Position numbers and translations under genes: made by a program
The notes under the pieces: generated by a model
The model's database searches: none
The model's input: only the letters and a program-made list of their open reading frames with translations
What the model was told of the DNA's origin: nothing
Assembly: GCA_963666185.1 (NCBI GenBank)
Contig: OY762634.1
Location: forward strand, 1,716,235 to 1,780,234
Length of the DNA stretch: 64,000 nucleotides
From: Dehalococcoidia bacterium
Lineage (GTDB): Bacteria > Chloroflexota > Dehalococcoidia > Lucifugimonadales > UBA1123
Reading direction: 5' to 3'
Part shown: one piece after another, positions 52,041 through 61,310 of the stretch
Position numbering within the stretch: position 1 is the stretch's first letter
How the letters are laid out: every line of letters starts with the position of its first letter

Positions 52041-52511
52041 CTACCACCGATAATGCGCGAACGCCCTATTCGCCTCCGCCATCCGGTACAGATCCTCCCG
52101 ACGCTTCACCGCCGTCCCCTGTCCGCGAGCCGCCTCCACCAGTTCCGCCGACAGCCGCTGAGCCATCGGCCTGCCCTTCCGCGCCCGCGACGCCTGCACT
52201 ATCCAGCGCATCGCCAGCGCCTGCCTCCGCTCAGGACGAACCTCCGCCGGAACCTGGTACGTCGCGCCTCCGACCCGCCGAGACCGAACTTCCACCATCG
52301 GAGTCGCGTTCCGTATCGCCTGCTCGAAGACCTCTATCTCAGGACGCCTCACCTCTTGCGAAGCGATCTCCAGCGCGTTATACACTATCCGCTGAGCCAC
52401 GGTCTTCTTACCGTTCAGCATCACGTAGTTTATGAAATGCGACAGTTCCACGCTCCGGTACTTAGGGTCCGGCGTGACCTTGCGCCTCTCCGCTCGTCGT
52501 CTTCGCGCCAT
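52041..52511 (-). CDS. rpsG: 30S ribosomal protein S7
   Basis: 156 aa. '[10 protein letters not shown]...PDPKY', '[16 protein letters not shown]', 'RAFAHYRW'. Confidence 0.95.
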   Translation of the reverse strand: MARRRRAERRKVTPDPKYRSVELSHFINYVMLNGKKTVAQRIVYNALEIASQEVRRPEIEVFEQAIRNATPMVEVRSRRVGGATYQVPAEVRPERRQALAMRWIVQASRARKGRPMAQRLSAELVEAARGQGTAVKRREDLYRMAEANRAFAHYRW

Positions 52512-52529
52512 CGAAACTTTCCTTATAAT

Positions 52530-52568
52530 CCCCTCTCCCTCAATGGGAGAGGGCTAGGGTGAGGGTGA
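52530..52568 (+). repeat. REP1 hairpin repeat
   Basis: 'cccctctccctcaatgggagagggctagggtgagggtga'. Confidence 0.8.
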
Positions 52569-52604
52569 ACCCCTCAGCCCATCGCTGATTGTCTTTCCTT
52601 GAAT

Positions 52605-52640
52605 CCCCTCTCCCCCAGGGAAGAGGGCCAGGGTGAGGAT
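52605..52640 (+). repeat. REP1 hairpin repeat (diverged)
   Basis: 'cccctctcccccagggaagagggccagggtgaggat'. Confidence 0.7.
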
Positions 52641-52642
52641 AA

Positions 52643-53065
52643 CTACCGTACCCCCGGATCCCGCTTCGCCCCATACTTGCTCCGACCACGCTTCCGGTCC
52701 ACCACACCCTCCGTATCCAGCGTCCCCCGAACCACGTGATACCGAACCCCGGGCAGATCCTTCACGCGACCTCCCCGTATCAGCACCACCGAGTGCTCCT
52801 GAAGATTATGCCCCTCGCCCGGGATATACGCCGTAACCTCCATCTGGTTCGTCAACCGAACCCTCGCCACCTTACGCAGCGCCGAATTAGGCTTCTTCGG
52901 CGTCTGGGTCCTCACCTGAACGCACACCCCCCGCTTCTGCGGAGAGCCGGGCCCTCTGCTAACCCTATTCTTCAACGAATTGAACGAATAGCGCAGCGCC
53001 GGCGCCTTATCCTTCTTGCCCTTCGAGCGTCTGGGCTTTCTCACAAGCTGATTTACTGTGGGCAT
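52643..53065 (-). CDS. rpsL: 30S ribosomal protein S12
   Basis: 140 aa. '[10 protein letters not shown]', '[17 protein letters not shown]', '[28 protein letters not shown]'. Confidence 0.95.
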   Translation of the reverse strand: MPTVNQLVRKPRRSKGKKDKAPALRYSFNSLKNRVSRGPGSPQKRGVCVQVRTQTPKKPNSALRKVARVRLTNQMEVTAYIPGEGHNLQEHSVVLIRGGRVKDLPGVRYHVVRGTLDTEGVVDRKRGRSKYGAKRDPGVR

Positions 53066-53140
53066 TGCGAACCCCTGTCAGTCCCTTGGGAAATTTGAAT
53101 CACAAACATACGTGTCGCCACAATTTGGCGACAATGAGTA

Positions 53141-53169
53141 ATACTAGCAACCCCCAACCAGCGTGTCAA
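53141..53169 (-). promoter_or_regulatory. Candidate sigma-70-type promoter for rpsL
   Basis: The minus strand reads TTGACA-17 nt-TAGTAT, about 75 nt upstream of the rpsL ATG. Confidence 0.35.
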
Positions 53170-53254
53170 ATTCCAAAACTTCAATTTGACCGCCGACTAA
53201 CAACTGACCACTAGAAACTGATGACTAACAACTAAAAACTGGTACAATCCCCCC

Positions 53255-54280
53255 ATGACCCAACCACAGCGCATAGTCTCAGGAACAGTCCAGGACGAAG
53301 ACCTCCAGGACACCAGCCTGCGCCCCCGCAGGCTCCAGGACTACGTGGGACAGAACCTGCTCAAATCCAACCTCGAAATCTCCGTCAAAGCCGCCCGCCA
53401 GCGCGGAGAACCCCTCGACCACACCCTCCTCTACGGCCCCCCCGGACTCGGCAAGACCACCCTCGCCAACATCCTCGCCACCGAAATGGGCGTCCGCGTC
53501 AAAACCACCTCCGGCCCCGCCATCGAGCGCGCGGGCGACATGGTAGCCACCCTCACCCAGCTCCGCGAAGACGACATCCTCTTCATAGACGAAATACACC
53601 GTCTCAGCCGCGTCGTCGAAGAAGTCCTCTACCCCGCCATGGAAGACGGCTTCGTATCCTGGGTCATAGACAAGGGACTCAAAGCCCGCTCCATGAACCT
53701 CACCCTCAAACCCTTCACCCTCGTCGGCGCGACAACCCGCTTCGGAATGGTCAGCGCCCCCTTGCGAGACCGCTTCGGCTCAGTCCACCGCCTCGACTTC
53801 TACGACCCCGACGCCATGCGCGTCATCGTAGCCCGCTCCGCCCGCATCATGGACATCCAGGCCGACCCCGAAGGCATGGACGAAATAGCCCAACGCTCCC
53901 GAGGCACCCCCCGCGTCGCCAACCGCCTCCTCCGCCGCGTCCGCGACTACGCCCAGGTCATGGCCGACAACATCATCACCGCCGACGTCGCCCGCGAGGC
54001 CCTCGCCCGCCTCCAGGTCGACGAACTCGGCCTCGACGAAACAGACCGCCGCGTCCTCGTAGCCATCATAGAAAAATTCGACGGCGGCCCAGTCGGCCTC
54101 GACACACTCGCCGCCTCCATCAGCGAAGACCCCGACACCATAGAAGACGTCTACGAACCATATCTTCTCCAACTCGGCTTCCTGGACCGCACCCGACGCG
54201 GACGCATGGCCACCCGCCGCGCCTACCGCCGCCTAGACTACCCCTACACCCCCGACCCCGGCCAACCAACCCTGTTCTGA
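53255..54280 (+). CDS. ruvB: Holliday junction branch-migration helicase RuvB
   Basis: 341 aa. '[12 protein letters not shown]', Walker A '[11 protein letters not shown]', 'LFIDEIHRL', 'GATTR.G..S.PLRDRFG'. Confidence 0.95.
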   Translation: MTQPQRIVSGTVQDEDLQDTSLRPRRLQDYVGQNLLKSNLEISVKAARQRGEPLDHTLLYGPPGLGKTTLANILATEMGVRVKTTSGPAIERAGDMVATLTQLREDDILFIDEIHRLSRVVEEVLYPAMEDGFVSWVIDKGLKARSMNLTLKPFTLVGATTRFGMVSAPLRDRFGSVHRLDFYDPDAMRVIVARSARIMDIQADPEGMDEIAQRSRGTPRVANRLLRRVRDYAQVMADNIITADVAREALARLQVDELGLDETDRRVLVAIIEKFDGGPVGLDTLAASISEDPDTIEDVYEPYLLQLGFLDRTRRGRMATRRAYRRLDYPYTPDPGQPTLF

Positions 54281-54318
54281 TATGATACACTTGGGCGACA
54301 AAATCCTGGAGGTGTCGC

Positions 54319-54636
54319 ATGGCGCTAACCCCTGAACAGAAGAAACAGATGCTGGAAGCCAGCCGCGCCGCCATAGACCGCGCAGGAGGCATTGAGGTCA
54401 TCAGGGCCCAGCACGATGAACTTCACAAGATATATCTCCGTGTGGACGCCGAATATCCCCAATTGCGAGACAAGTATCCCAACCACTGGATATGTATGGG
54501 CAAAGACGGCGTGCTTGCCACAGGCCATTCTCAGGAAGAAGTCATGGAAACGGTCCGGCGCAAGGGCATAAGCGCAAGCGCGTCCGAAGTCGTCTTCGAA
54601 TACATCGACGCCGAAGACACCATCGTGATAGTATGA
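54319..54636 (+). CDS. DUF5678-like small protein
   Basis: 105 aa. 'YPQLRDKYPNHWICMGKDGVLATGHSQEEVMETVRRKG' resembles my recollection of the DUF5678 pattern (..kY.gkWVAi..g.Vva.g.d..e). ATGA overlap with the downstream protease gene. Confidence 0.45.
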   Translation: MALTPEQKKQMLEASRAAIDRAGGIEVIRAQHDELHKIYLRVDAEYPQLRDKYPNHWICMGKDGVLATGHSQEEVMETVRRKGISASASEVVFEYIDAEDTIVIV

Positions 54637-55064
54637 TCCGAGGATACTTCAACGGCAGAAATCGGCCCTATGTCGAATGCCGACTCTATATCCAACGTTT
54701 CGATATAGACAGGCCGATACGCTTGCTGTTCGACACCGGCGCGGATCGCACCTGCCTGAACCCTAGCGCCATAAACCGGATAGGAATACCGAAAGATTTG
54801 TTGGAAAACCCCCTGGATGTGGCCGGCGTCGGCAGGGACAGAGCCTCCTTCTATCGGGAGAGCGCCGTACTCACCTTCTTCGACACCGATGGAGATAGGC
54901 AATACAACTACCCCATCGAACTGCTCATAGCCGAAGAAACCACCGTAAACCAGTCTCTCGACTCAGTTCTCGGACGAGACATCTTCGACCACTGGAACAC
55001 GATCTACTACCCCTCCGAAAACCGCCTTGACTTCACCGTCGTCGAGAGCGTCCGACTTCCATAG
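54633..55064 (+). CDS. Retropepsin-like (clan AA) aspartic protease
   Basis: 143 aa from the ATG at 54633. 'RLLFDTGADRTCLNP' (the D-T-G-A catalytic motif) and 'SVLGRDIFDHW' (the hG+D flap/terminal motif). Confidence 0.65.
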   Translation: MIRGYFNGRNRPYVECRLYIQRFDIDRPIRLLFDTGADRTCLNPSAINRIGIPKDLLENPLDVAGVGRDRASFYRESAVLTFFDTDGDRQYNYPIELLIAEETTVNQSLDSVLGRDIFDHWNTIYYPSENRLDFTVVESVRLP

Positions 55065-55101
55065 CGAATAACGTCTGGGCAATCAGCGAGAGAACCCACC
55101 A

Positions 55102-55551
55102 ATGCGCGCAGACCTCCAGGACATCGCCGAACAACTCGCGGTCCTTCTCGCCCGCGCCGCCCTCGCCCTCTTCCTCTCCCTCACACTGGGCGTCGGACTA
55201 TACATCGTCCTCATCATCCCCATCATCCACTCCTTATGGCAAGTCAAAGACATCAACTTCGCGCTGGTGGCCGTCCTCACAATCGGACTCGGCGTCGCCG
55301 TCGGCAGCTTCCTCGCCTGGCTCAACCGCGACCTCGCCCGCCCCACGCTGCTGCTCATCCTCTTTCTCACCATCGCCGCCGCCCTCATTGGCGCGTGGAT
55401 AGGACTTCACGACAGCCGCGACACATTCAAGCTGGTTGGTCAGCCAGGAAGCCCCGCCCTCACCGGAATCACCCTAGGAGCCATCATCGGCGCCAACATC
55501 CTCAACCTCCCCCTCTGGATACTCAAGACCATACGCCACCCGCGCCTCTGA
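55102..55551 (+). CDS. Hypothetical 4-TM membrane protein
   Basis: 149 aa with four hydrophobic helices. No recognisable family motif. Confidence 0.45.
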   Translation: MRADLQDIAEQLAVLLARAALALFLSLTLGVGLYIVLIIPIIHSLWQVKDINFALVAVLTIGLGVAVGSFLAWLNRDLARPTLLLILFLTIAAALIGAWIGLHDSRDTFKLVGQPGSPALTGITLGAIIGANILNLPLWILKTIRHPRL

Positions 55552-55617
55552 CCGCCCGCGCCGCGCCAATTCACAAACCCACCGCCTACTAACAACTAAC
55601 GACTAAAAACTATCCCC

Positions 55618-56547
55618 CTAAAGCTGCCTCAGCCTCGGATCGAACCTGTCCCGCATCCAGTCCCCCAGGAAATTCAGCGACATCACCACCAGGAATATCG
55701 CCAGCCCCGGGAAGAACGTGCTCCACCACGCCGTCGTCACATAAGACCGCCCCTCCGATATTATCAGCCCCCACGCGGGCGTCGGAGCCGGAATCCCCGC
55801 CCCGATGAAGCTCAGCGTAGCCTCGGTCAGTATCAGCTGCCCCACCCTCAGCGTCGTTATCACGATGACCGTGTTTATCACCCCCGGAAGAATGTGCCGC
55901 GTCATTATCCGCGTCGTGGACGCGCCCGCCACCCTCGCCAGCGCGACGTAATCCCGCTCTTTCAGAGACAGCACCTCACCCCTCACGAACCGCACGAACG
56001 ACGGCCAAGTGAAGAACGCCAGCAGACCCATCACCAGCAGCAAACTCGGCTCCAGAACTATCACCGCCACCAGCGCTATCAGCACGAACGGCAGCGAGAG
56101 AAACACGTCCACCATCCGCATTATGAGCTCGTCCACCAGGCCGCCCACGTAGCCCGCCGTCAGACCCAGCGACGTCCCCACCAGCACCCCGGTGGTCATG
56201 GACACCGCCAGCACCTGGAGCGATATGCGCGCCCCGTGAATGATGCGGCTCAATATGTCCCTGCCCACGTGGTCAGCCCCAAGCAGGCGCGATCCCGCCT
56301 CGAACTCATCCTGCTCGCCCCAGTACTCCCCGTACCAGAACGGCGGCGCGTTTCTCAGGCTCAGCTCCTGCTTCAGAGGGTCGGCCGGCGATATGAGCGG
56401 CGCGAACACTCCCGCCACTACCAGAAGCGCCAGAACCAGCAGCGGCAGGATAGGCCAGCGCCTGAGCGCGTGCCACACCTTGCCGGCCAAGCTGTCCGAA
56501 ATCAGCTTGACTTCCCTCGATTGGATAGGACTTGCCTGATCTGCCAT
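55618..56547 (-). CDS. ABC transporter permease (DppC/OppC type)
   Basis: 309 aa. 'LLGADHVGRDILSRIIHG', EAA loop 'DYVALARVAGASTTRIMTRHILPG'. Confidence 0.85.
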   Translation of the reverse strand: MADQASPIQSREVKLISDSLAGKVWHALRRWPILPLLVLALLVVAGVFAPLISPADPLKQELSLRNAPPFWYGEYWGEQDEFEAGSRLLGADHVGRDILSRIIHGARISLQVLAVSMTTGVLVGTSLGLTAGYVGGLVDELIMRMVDVFLSLPFVLIALVAVIVLEPSLLLVMGLLAFFTWPSFVRFVRGEVLSLKERDYVALARVAGASTTRIMTRHILPGVINTVIVITTLRVGQLILTEATLSFIGAGIPAPTPAWGLIISEGRSYVTTAWWSTFFPGLAIFLVVMSLNFLGDWMRDRFDPRLRQL

Positions 56548-56560
56548 GTTCTACCTATAT

Positions 56561-56586
56561 CGTCATTCCCGCGAAAGCGGGAATCC
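56561..56586 (+). repeat. REP2 hairpin repeat
   Basis: 'cgtcattcccgcgaaagcgggaatcc' between the two permease genes. Confidence 0.8.
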
Positions 56587-56662
56587 ATACCCGAGGATTA
56601 TGGCCTGGCCGGTTGCGATTTAGCTCGATTGGGGAGTTCATTTTTCCAAATGTCCACAGAAC

Positions 56663-57616
56663 CTAGTTGTAACGTATCCTGGGATCAACCCAGCCGTACA
56701 GAACGTCCGCCACGAAGTTGAAGAACGTGTACGCGACCGCGAAGAACAGCACGATGCCCGTCAGCAGCGCGAAATCGTTGTTGTTCACCGCCGTCAGCGC
56801 CAGACGCCCGATGCCCGGCCACGCGAATACTAGCTCCACCACCGTCGCCCCCGTAATGAATCCCGCCAGAAACAGGCTCGAGTACGTGATGGGCGAGATA
56901 AGCGCGTTCCTCAGAGCGTGCTTCCAAACCACCTTCCACGCCGGTACCCCCTTCGCCCGCGCCAGCTTCACGAACTCCGAGTCCAGAACCTCCAGCATGG
57001 ACGAGCGCATCAGCCGCAGGTACGTCGCCGAGCCGAGCCATCCCAGCGTCACCGTCGGCAGTATGAAGTGCCTGATCTGCTTCCAGATGTCGTCCCCCGG
57101 AAGCGCCCGACCCGACGCCGGCAGCCAGTCCAGGTACACCGCGAATATCACTATCGCCATAATCGCTATCCAGAACTGCGGCAGCGCCTGCCCGAACAGC
57201 GCGAACGTCCTGCCCGCGTAGTCCATCAGGCCGCCGCGCCGCGTCGCCGACAGCACGCCCAGAGGAATCCCCGTAATCACCGCGAACAGCCACGCCGCTA
57301 TCGCAAGCTGCGCCGTCGCCCCCAGCTTCCCCTTTATCAGCCCGTAAACCGGCGCCCGGTCCAGCAGCGTCTTCCCGAAGTCCCCCCTCAGAGAATTCCC
57401 GACCCACACCAGGTACTGGACCGCCAGAGGCTTGTCCAGCCCCAGGTATCTGGAAATCTCTTCCTTCTGCTCTTCGCTCAGACCGTATCCGCCCCCCTCC
57501 TGGGTATAGACCAGGAGAGGGTCGCCGTACACCCTGGACAGCCCGAACACGATCATCGTCGCCGCTATCAGGGACAAGATAGCGAAGTACGCCCGCCTGA
57601 CTAGGTAACTTCTCAT
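56663..57616 (-). CDS. ABC transporter permease (DppB/OppB type)
   Basis: 317 aa. 'MRSYLVRRAYFAILSLI', 'EFVKLARAKGVPAWKVVWKHALRNA', 'DVLYGWVDPRIRY'. Confidence 0.85.
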   Translation of the reverse strand: MRSYLVRRAYFAILSLIAATMIVFGLSRVYGDPLLVYTQEGGGYGLSEEQKEEISRYLGLDKPLAVQYLVWVGNSLRGDFGKTLLDRAPVYGLIKGKLGATAQLAIAAWLFAVITGIPLGVLSATRRGGLMDYAGRTFALFGQALPQFWIAIMAIVIFAVYLDWLPASGRALPGDDIWKQIRHFILPTVTLGWLGSATYLRLMRSSMLEVLDSEFVKLARAKGVPAWKVVWKHALRNALISPITYSSLFLAGFITGATVVELVFAWPGIGRLALTAVNNNDFALLTGIVLFFAVAYTFFNFVADVLYGWVDPRIRYN

Positions 57617-57701
57617 CGTCGCTCTCTGTCAGGCTGCTGACCCGACCCCGCATAATTCGCCCGCGCTCACCCCGCGAAGACAGGGTGAGGCAGCGCCCCA
57701 A

Positions 57702-57727
57702 CCGTCATTCCCGCGAAAGCGGGAATC
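57702..57727 (+). repeat. REP2 hairpin repeat
   Basis: 'ccgtcattcccgcgaaagcgggaatcc' between the SBP and permease genes. Confidence 0.8.
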
Positions 57728-57778
57728 CATCCCCCGACTCCGTATGGACGAGGGATGGAGCTATCAATTTCTATCCGC

Positions 57779-59764
57779 CTATCTATCCGCCGGAACGATG
57801 TTCCAGAACGCCGACGTGCCGAACGGCGTCGGCTCCATCACCCACTCGTCTATCGAGTTCGGGTTATAGATAGTCAGATTCGGAACCGCCACCACTCCCG
57901 GCTTCAGCGCCCAGAAGTGCATATTGTCGAAGTATTGCCTGTTCAGGTCTATCCGCTTCTGAGGATCGTTCTCCGCCGCCACGTCGAGATAGATCTCGCT
58001 GATCCACTCCGTCTCGTAGCACATACAGTAGCCGCCCCTCGAAAGGCTCGACTCCTCGATGCCCTTCGGCCAGTCGAACGGGTAGATGGTCTGACCATCG
58101 TCGCCCGAAGTCAGCCTCGGCACCGTCGCGCTGCGGTTCACCAGGCCCGGACGATACACCGCGTAGGGATACTTCAGCACCGCGCTCTCGATGCCTATGT
58201 CGGCCATCATCCCGCCGATTGCGTCCCCGATCTCCTCGCCAAGTCCGCCCGTATGACCGGATGATATGAACAGCGGCATCTGCATCCGGACACCGTTGCC
58301 CTTCCTCGGGAAACCCGCCCTGTCCAGGTATTCCTCGGCCATCGCAGGGTCGTAAGGATACTCCCACTTGCTGTCCCAGAACTCGCTCTTCTCGTCCACG
58401 TATCCCACGTGAACCGGCCAGCCCAGCCCGTTCAGCAACTGCTCGTTGATCTTCTCTTTGTCAATCGCCATCGCCACGGCCCAGCGCACCAGCCGCGCCT
58501 GCTCCATGTCGCCGCAACTCTGCGCCATGTCCATAGGATTCGCCCCGTCCGGGCAGGCCAGCGCGTCCGGGTTGTTCCCGTCGTTCGGACTGTACGGATT
58601 GCCTATCCACTCGATGTCCCGCGCGTAAACGCCGTTCGCCGGCGTGTTCAGGTCCTCCCCCGTCAGCGCGTTGTGCGTCTCCCACAGGTTGCCCGAGAAG
58701 ATGATCCCCTGCTGGCTCGCGTTCCCCGAACCAGTGCTGGCGAACCCCGCCTCCAGAGCCTCCGGCACGCTCTTGATAGCCAGTTCCGCCGCGTCCAGTT
58801 CGCCCGTCCTCAGCGCCGCCACCCGCGTCGCGTCCTCAGGCATAGCCTGCACGATGATTCGTTCCACCGCCGGGTCGAACTCCCAGTGATGCCCCGACTT
58901 CGTGAACACCGCCCGGTCGTCCCTTATCCACTCCTCCACCTGGAACGGGCCTGTCCCGATGAAGTTCTCCCGCATCCAGTCCTCGCCGTTCTCCTCCTGC
59001 GCCTTCTGCGGATGAACCACCATCCCCACGTAGCCGTTGCCGTTCATCATGTACGTGTGCCAGTGCGAATCAACCGCCGCGAACCTGTACTCGATAGTGT
59101 CATCGTCAACCGCCACCGCCGGATTCTCCCCGAACAGCGTCGAGAAGTAAGACGCACTCGGAGCGATGCTGTGCTTCGTAATCAGCGGATTCACCTGGTT
59201 GTAGCTCCAGGCTACGTCCTGCGCCGTCATCGTCCCCCAGCCCTTGTGGAACTCCGCGTCCGTTCTCACGTCAACCGACACGCTCAGCCCGTCCGAAGCC
59301 AGGTCCCAGCCCGTCGAAAGCTGACCGGTCGCGTACTCCACGGTCCCGTCGTCTCGCCACCGCCAGGTGAACAGGTCTTCGCCCACGCCCCACGCCACCG
59401 CGTTGTACTGGCCGCAGAACACCGAACCCGCGCCCGGATTGCAGGGCAGATTCGACCGCGCGAATATAATCGTCCCCGCGTCATTCTTAGGCTCAGGCGC
59501 TTCCTCGCTCGTCATCGGGGCCGGAGCCGCCGTCGGCTGTATCGAAGCCGGTATCTGCGTCGGAGCCGCCGAAGCCGGAGCGCTGGTAGCCGCCGGGGCC
59601 GGGGCAGTCGTAGGAGCCGGAGCCGGAGGCGTCGTAGGCGCTGGAGCCGGCGCAGTCGTCGGCTGCGGCGCGGGAGCCGGTTCCGGCTCATCATCCCCGC
59701 AAGCCACCACAAACAGCATCGCCAGCGCAGCCGCCATCAATAAACCAATATACCTTGCCTTCAT
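57779..59764 (-). CDS. ABC transporter substrate-binding lipoprotein, family 5
   Basis: Start set to the ATG at 59764 (GGAGG 5 nt upstream). 'MKARYIGLLMAAALAMLFVVACGDD' signal plus lipobox, a roughly 75-aa Pro/Ala/Thr linker, then a large family-5 SBP body. Confidence 0.8.
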   Translation of the reverse strand: MKARYIGLLMAAALAMLFVVACGDDEPEPAPAPQPTTAPAPAPTTPPAPAPTTAPAPAATSAPASAAPTQIPASIQPTAAPAPMTSEEAPEPKNDAGTIIFARSNLPCNPGAGSVFCGQYNAVAWGVGEDLFTWRWRDDGTVEYATGQLSTGWDLASDGLSVSVDVRTDAEFHKGWGTMTAQDVAWSYNQVNPLITKHSIAPSASYFSTLFGENPAVAVDDDTIEYRFAAVDSHWHTYMMNGNGYVGMVVHPQKAQEENGEDWMRENFIGTGPFQVEEWIRDDRAVFTKSGHHWEFDPAVERIIVQAMPEDATRVAALRTGELDAAELAIKSVPEALEAGFASTGSGNASQQGIIFSGNLWETHNALTGEDLNTPANGVYARDIEWIGNPYSPNDGNNPDALACPDGANPMDMAQSCGDMEQARLVRWAVAMAIDKEKINEQLLNGLGWPVHVGYVDEKSEFWDSKWEYPYDPAMAEEYLDRAGFPRKGNGVRMQMPLFISSGHTGGLGEEIGDAIGGMMADIGIESAVLKYPYAVYRPGLVNRSATVPRLTSGDDGQTIYPFDWPKGIEESSLSRGGYCMCYETEWISEIYLDVAAENDPQKRIDLNRQYFDNMHFWALKPGVVAVPNLTIYNPNSIDEWVMEPTPFGTSAFWNIVPADR

Positions 59765-59878
59765 ACCATCCTCCACGTATGAATTCATGTCCCGACCCTG
59801 TGCCAGAGCCATAGTGCGCCAATTATGTAGCAAATCCCCCCGTATGTCCACACCCACCCAACTTTGCCCATAGCGTAG

Positions 59879-59909
59879 AGAGACCCTGCCAATGAGTGGC
59901 AGGGTCTCT
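59879..59909. terminator. Perfect 13-bp-stem hairpin (AGAGACCCTGCCA-atgag-TGGCAGGGTCTCT)
   Basis: Read directly from the sequence. Lies between the 60094(-) gene and the SBP gene. No U-tract, so its role as a terminator or regulatory element is uncertain. Confidence 0.35.
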
Positions 59910-60093
59910 TGGTCATTGACAACGTGACGAGTTGGAGACCTACTTTTTCTCATCCTCCATATACCGCCATTCCTTCTTGAACGGAACAGACAGGACAGTG
60001 CGGGCTATCTCTTGGGGAGAGGCGTCTATCCTCGGAGGCATGGGCCTGGGGGACGGCCTACTGGACGCTTTGACTTGGGTTCGGTCGCCATGT

Positions 60094-60330
60094 CTATTCC
60101 TCCAGGTCTTCGGGCCAGCCGTGATGTCGCGCGAACGCTATCCAGATTTTCTGTGTCTGCTTATTGTCCCTGCGGATTTCCTCAAGGATCTGTTCATTCT
60201 GCTGGATACGGCGTTCATTCTGCCGGATTTGCCTTCGGTCTTCCTCAATCCAGGTTGTGAGCAGTTCAATCAAATCCAGAATACGGTCCTGTGTATCCTC
60301 GACTGTCGAGAGCCGTTGCTCAGTAGTCAT
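60094..60330 (-). CDS. Small coiled-coil hypothetical protein
   Basis: 78 aa. 'IEEDRRQIRQNERRIQQNEQILEEIRRDNKQTQ'. Adjacent and divergent to the terminase module. Confidence 0.35.
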   Translation of the reverse strand: MTTEQRLSTVEDTQDRILDLIELLTTWIEEDRRQIRQNERRIQQNEQILEEIRRDNKQTQKIWIAFARHHGWPEDLEE

Positions 60331-60373
60331 TCTGTTCCCCCTCTATATATGGCATCTTAGTCAATAGTTGCCC

Positions 60374-60402
60374 TTGACGCCACAGAACGCCTTTGCTACC
60401 AT
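60374..60402 (+). promoter_or_regulatory. Candidate sigma-70-type promoter for the terminase module
   Basis: TTGACG-17 nt-TACCAT, about 60 nt upstream of the ATG at 60462, which has a GAGGAGGAGGAG RBS. Confidence 0.3.
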
Positions 60403-60461
60403 ACATCCCACGACATTGAAAACATAATATCTGCCGGGAAGAGGACGAGGAGGAGGAGACC

Positions 60462-61310
60462 ATGTGCAGCGACGCAGACCCGCGTACCGCGCTCGCCGAA
60501 TACATCCGTCACAAGACGGACAACGGCAACCAGGTCGTCGACTACCTACACGACGTCCTCCACGAAAACCTCGACGGCGTAAAGCATGGCCATCGCACCA
60601 GGGCCGCCGGCATCCTCTCCGAGTACGGCGACCTCGCCGCCATTCGCTTTCAGGAAAAGAACAAGGAAGAAAAGAAGGCCAGGCCCTCCGCCAAGCCGCG
60701 CGAGCGCCAAGAGCGCGAGGATTCCGAATTCGACGCCGCCCTGGCCCGCGTCATAAGAGACAAGACCAACGACACCCAGGACGTCGCCGACTACCTCATA
60801 GATACCATGAACGGCGTGGACTCCAACATCGAATCCGGTCTGGGCAAGATCCGTCACCAGCAAAGGGTGTCCGCCGCCGTCGAGCTACTCAGACGCGCCT
60901 ACGACCACGACCCCAGGTACGCCCACAAATCCACCGCGCCCACGCTTGCCGCGTCCGGCCCGGAACCCGACGCCGGCGCTCAATCTGTGTCCAACGACAC
61001 CCAACCTGCGTCCGACGTCGCCCCCGACCCTGACGAACAGGCCCAGATCCGCAAGGTTCTGGACATAATCGAGCGCCGCGCCGCCGAGATAGACCCCTCC
61101 GAGTGGGAGGAAGAAAATCCTTCAGGCTACAAGCCCGACCTCTCCATGTGGGAGATCATCAAGCGCAAGCCTCAACCTGTAATCACCGAAGAACACGCCA
61201 GAATCGGGGCCGCCCTCTTTCACGAAGCGGTCGAACGACAAAGAATCTCGAAACGGTCCGGCATAAAGATACCCACAAGGAAAGACCATGACAACTACGA
61301 CGACGGCTGA
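60462..61310 (+). CDS. Phage-related protein with duplicated helical module (possible small terminase subunit)
   Basis: 282 aa. Two copies of 'I(R)xKTxxxxxVxDYLxD....(18-25 aa)...R..AA..L...Y'. Overlaps the large-terminase gene by 23 nt. Confidence 0.35.
   Translation: MCSDADPRTALAEYIRHKTDNGNQVVDYLHDVLHENLDGVKHGHRTRAAGILSEYGDLAAIRFQEKNKEEKKARPSAKPRERQEREDSEFDAALARVIRDKTNDTQDVADYLIDTMNGVDSNIESGLGKIRHQQRVSAAVELLRRAYDHDPRYAHKSTAPTLAASGPEPDAGAQSVSNDTQPASDVAPDPDEQAQIRKVLDIIERRAAEIDPSEWEEENPSGYKPDLSMWEIIKRKPQPVITEEHARIGAALFHEAVERQRISKRSGIKIPTRKDHDNYDDG

Noticed and set aside
59765-59953. N-terminal 63-codon extension of the second SBP ORF
   Set aside because: The extension has no signal peptide. 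The internal ATG at 59764 has a GGAGG RBS and starts a canonical lipoprotein signal sequence.
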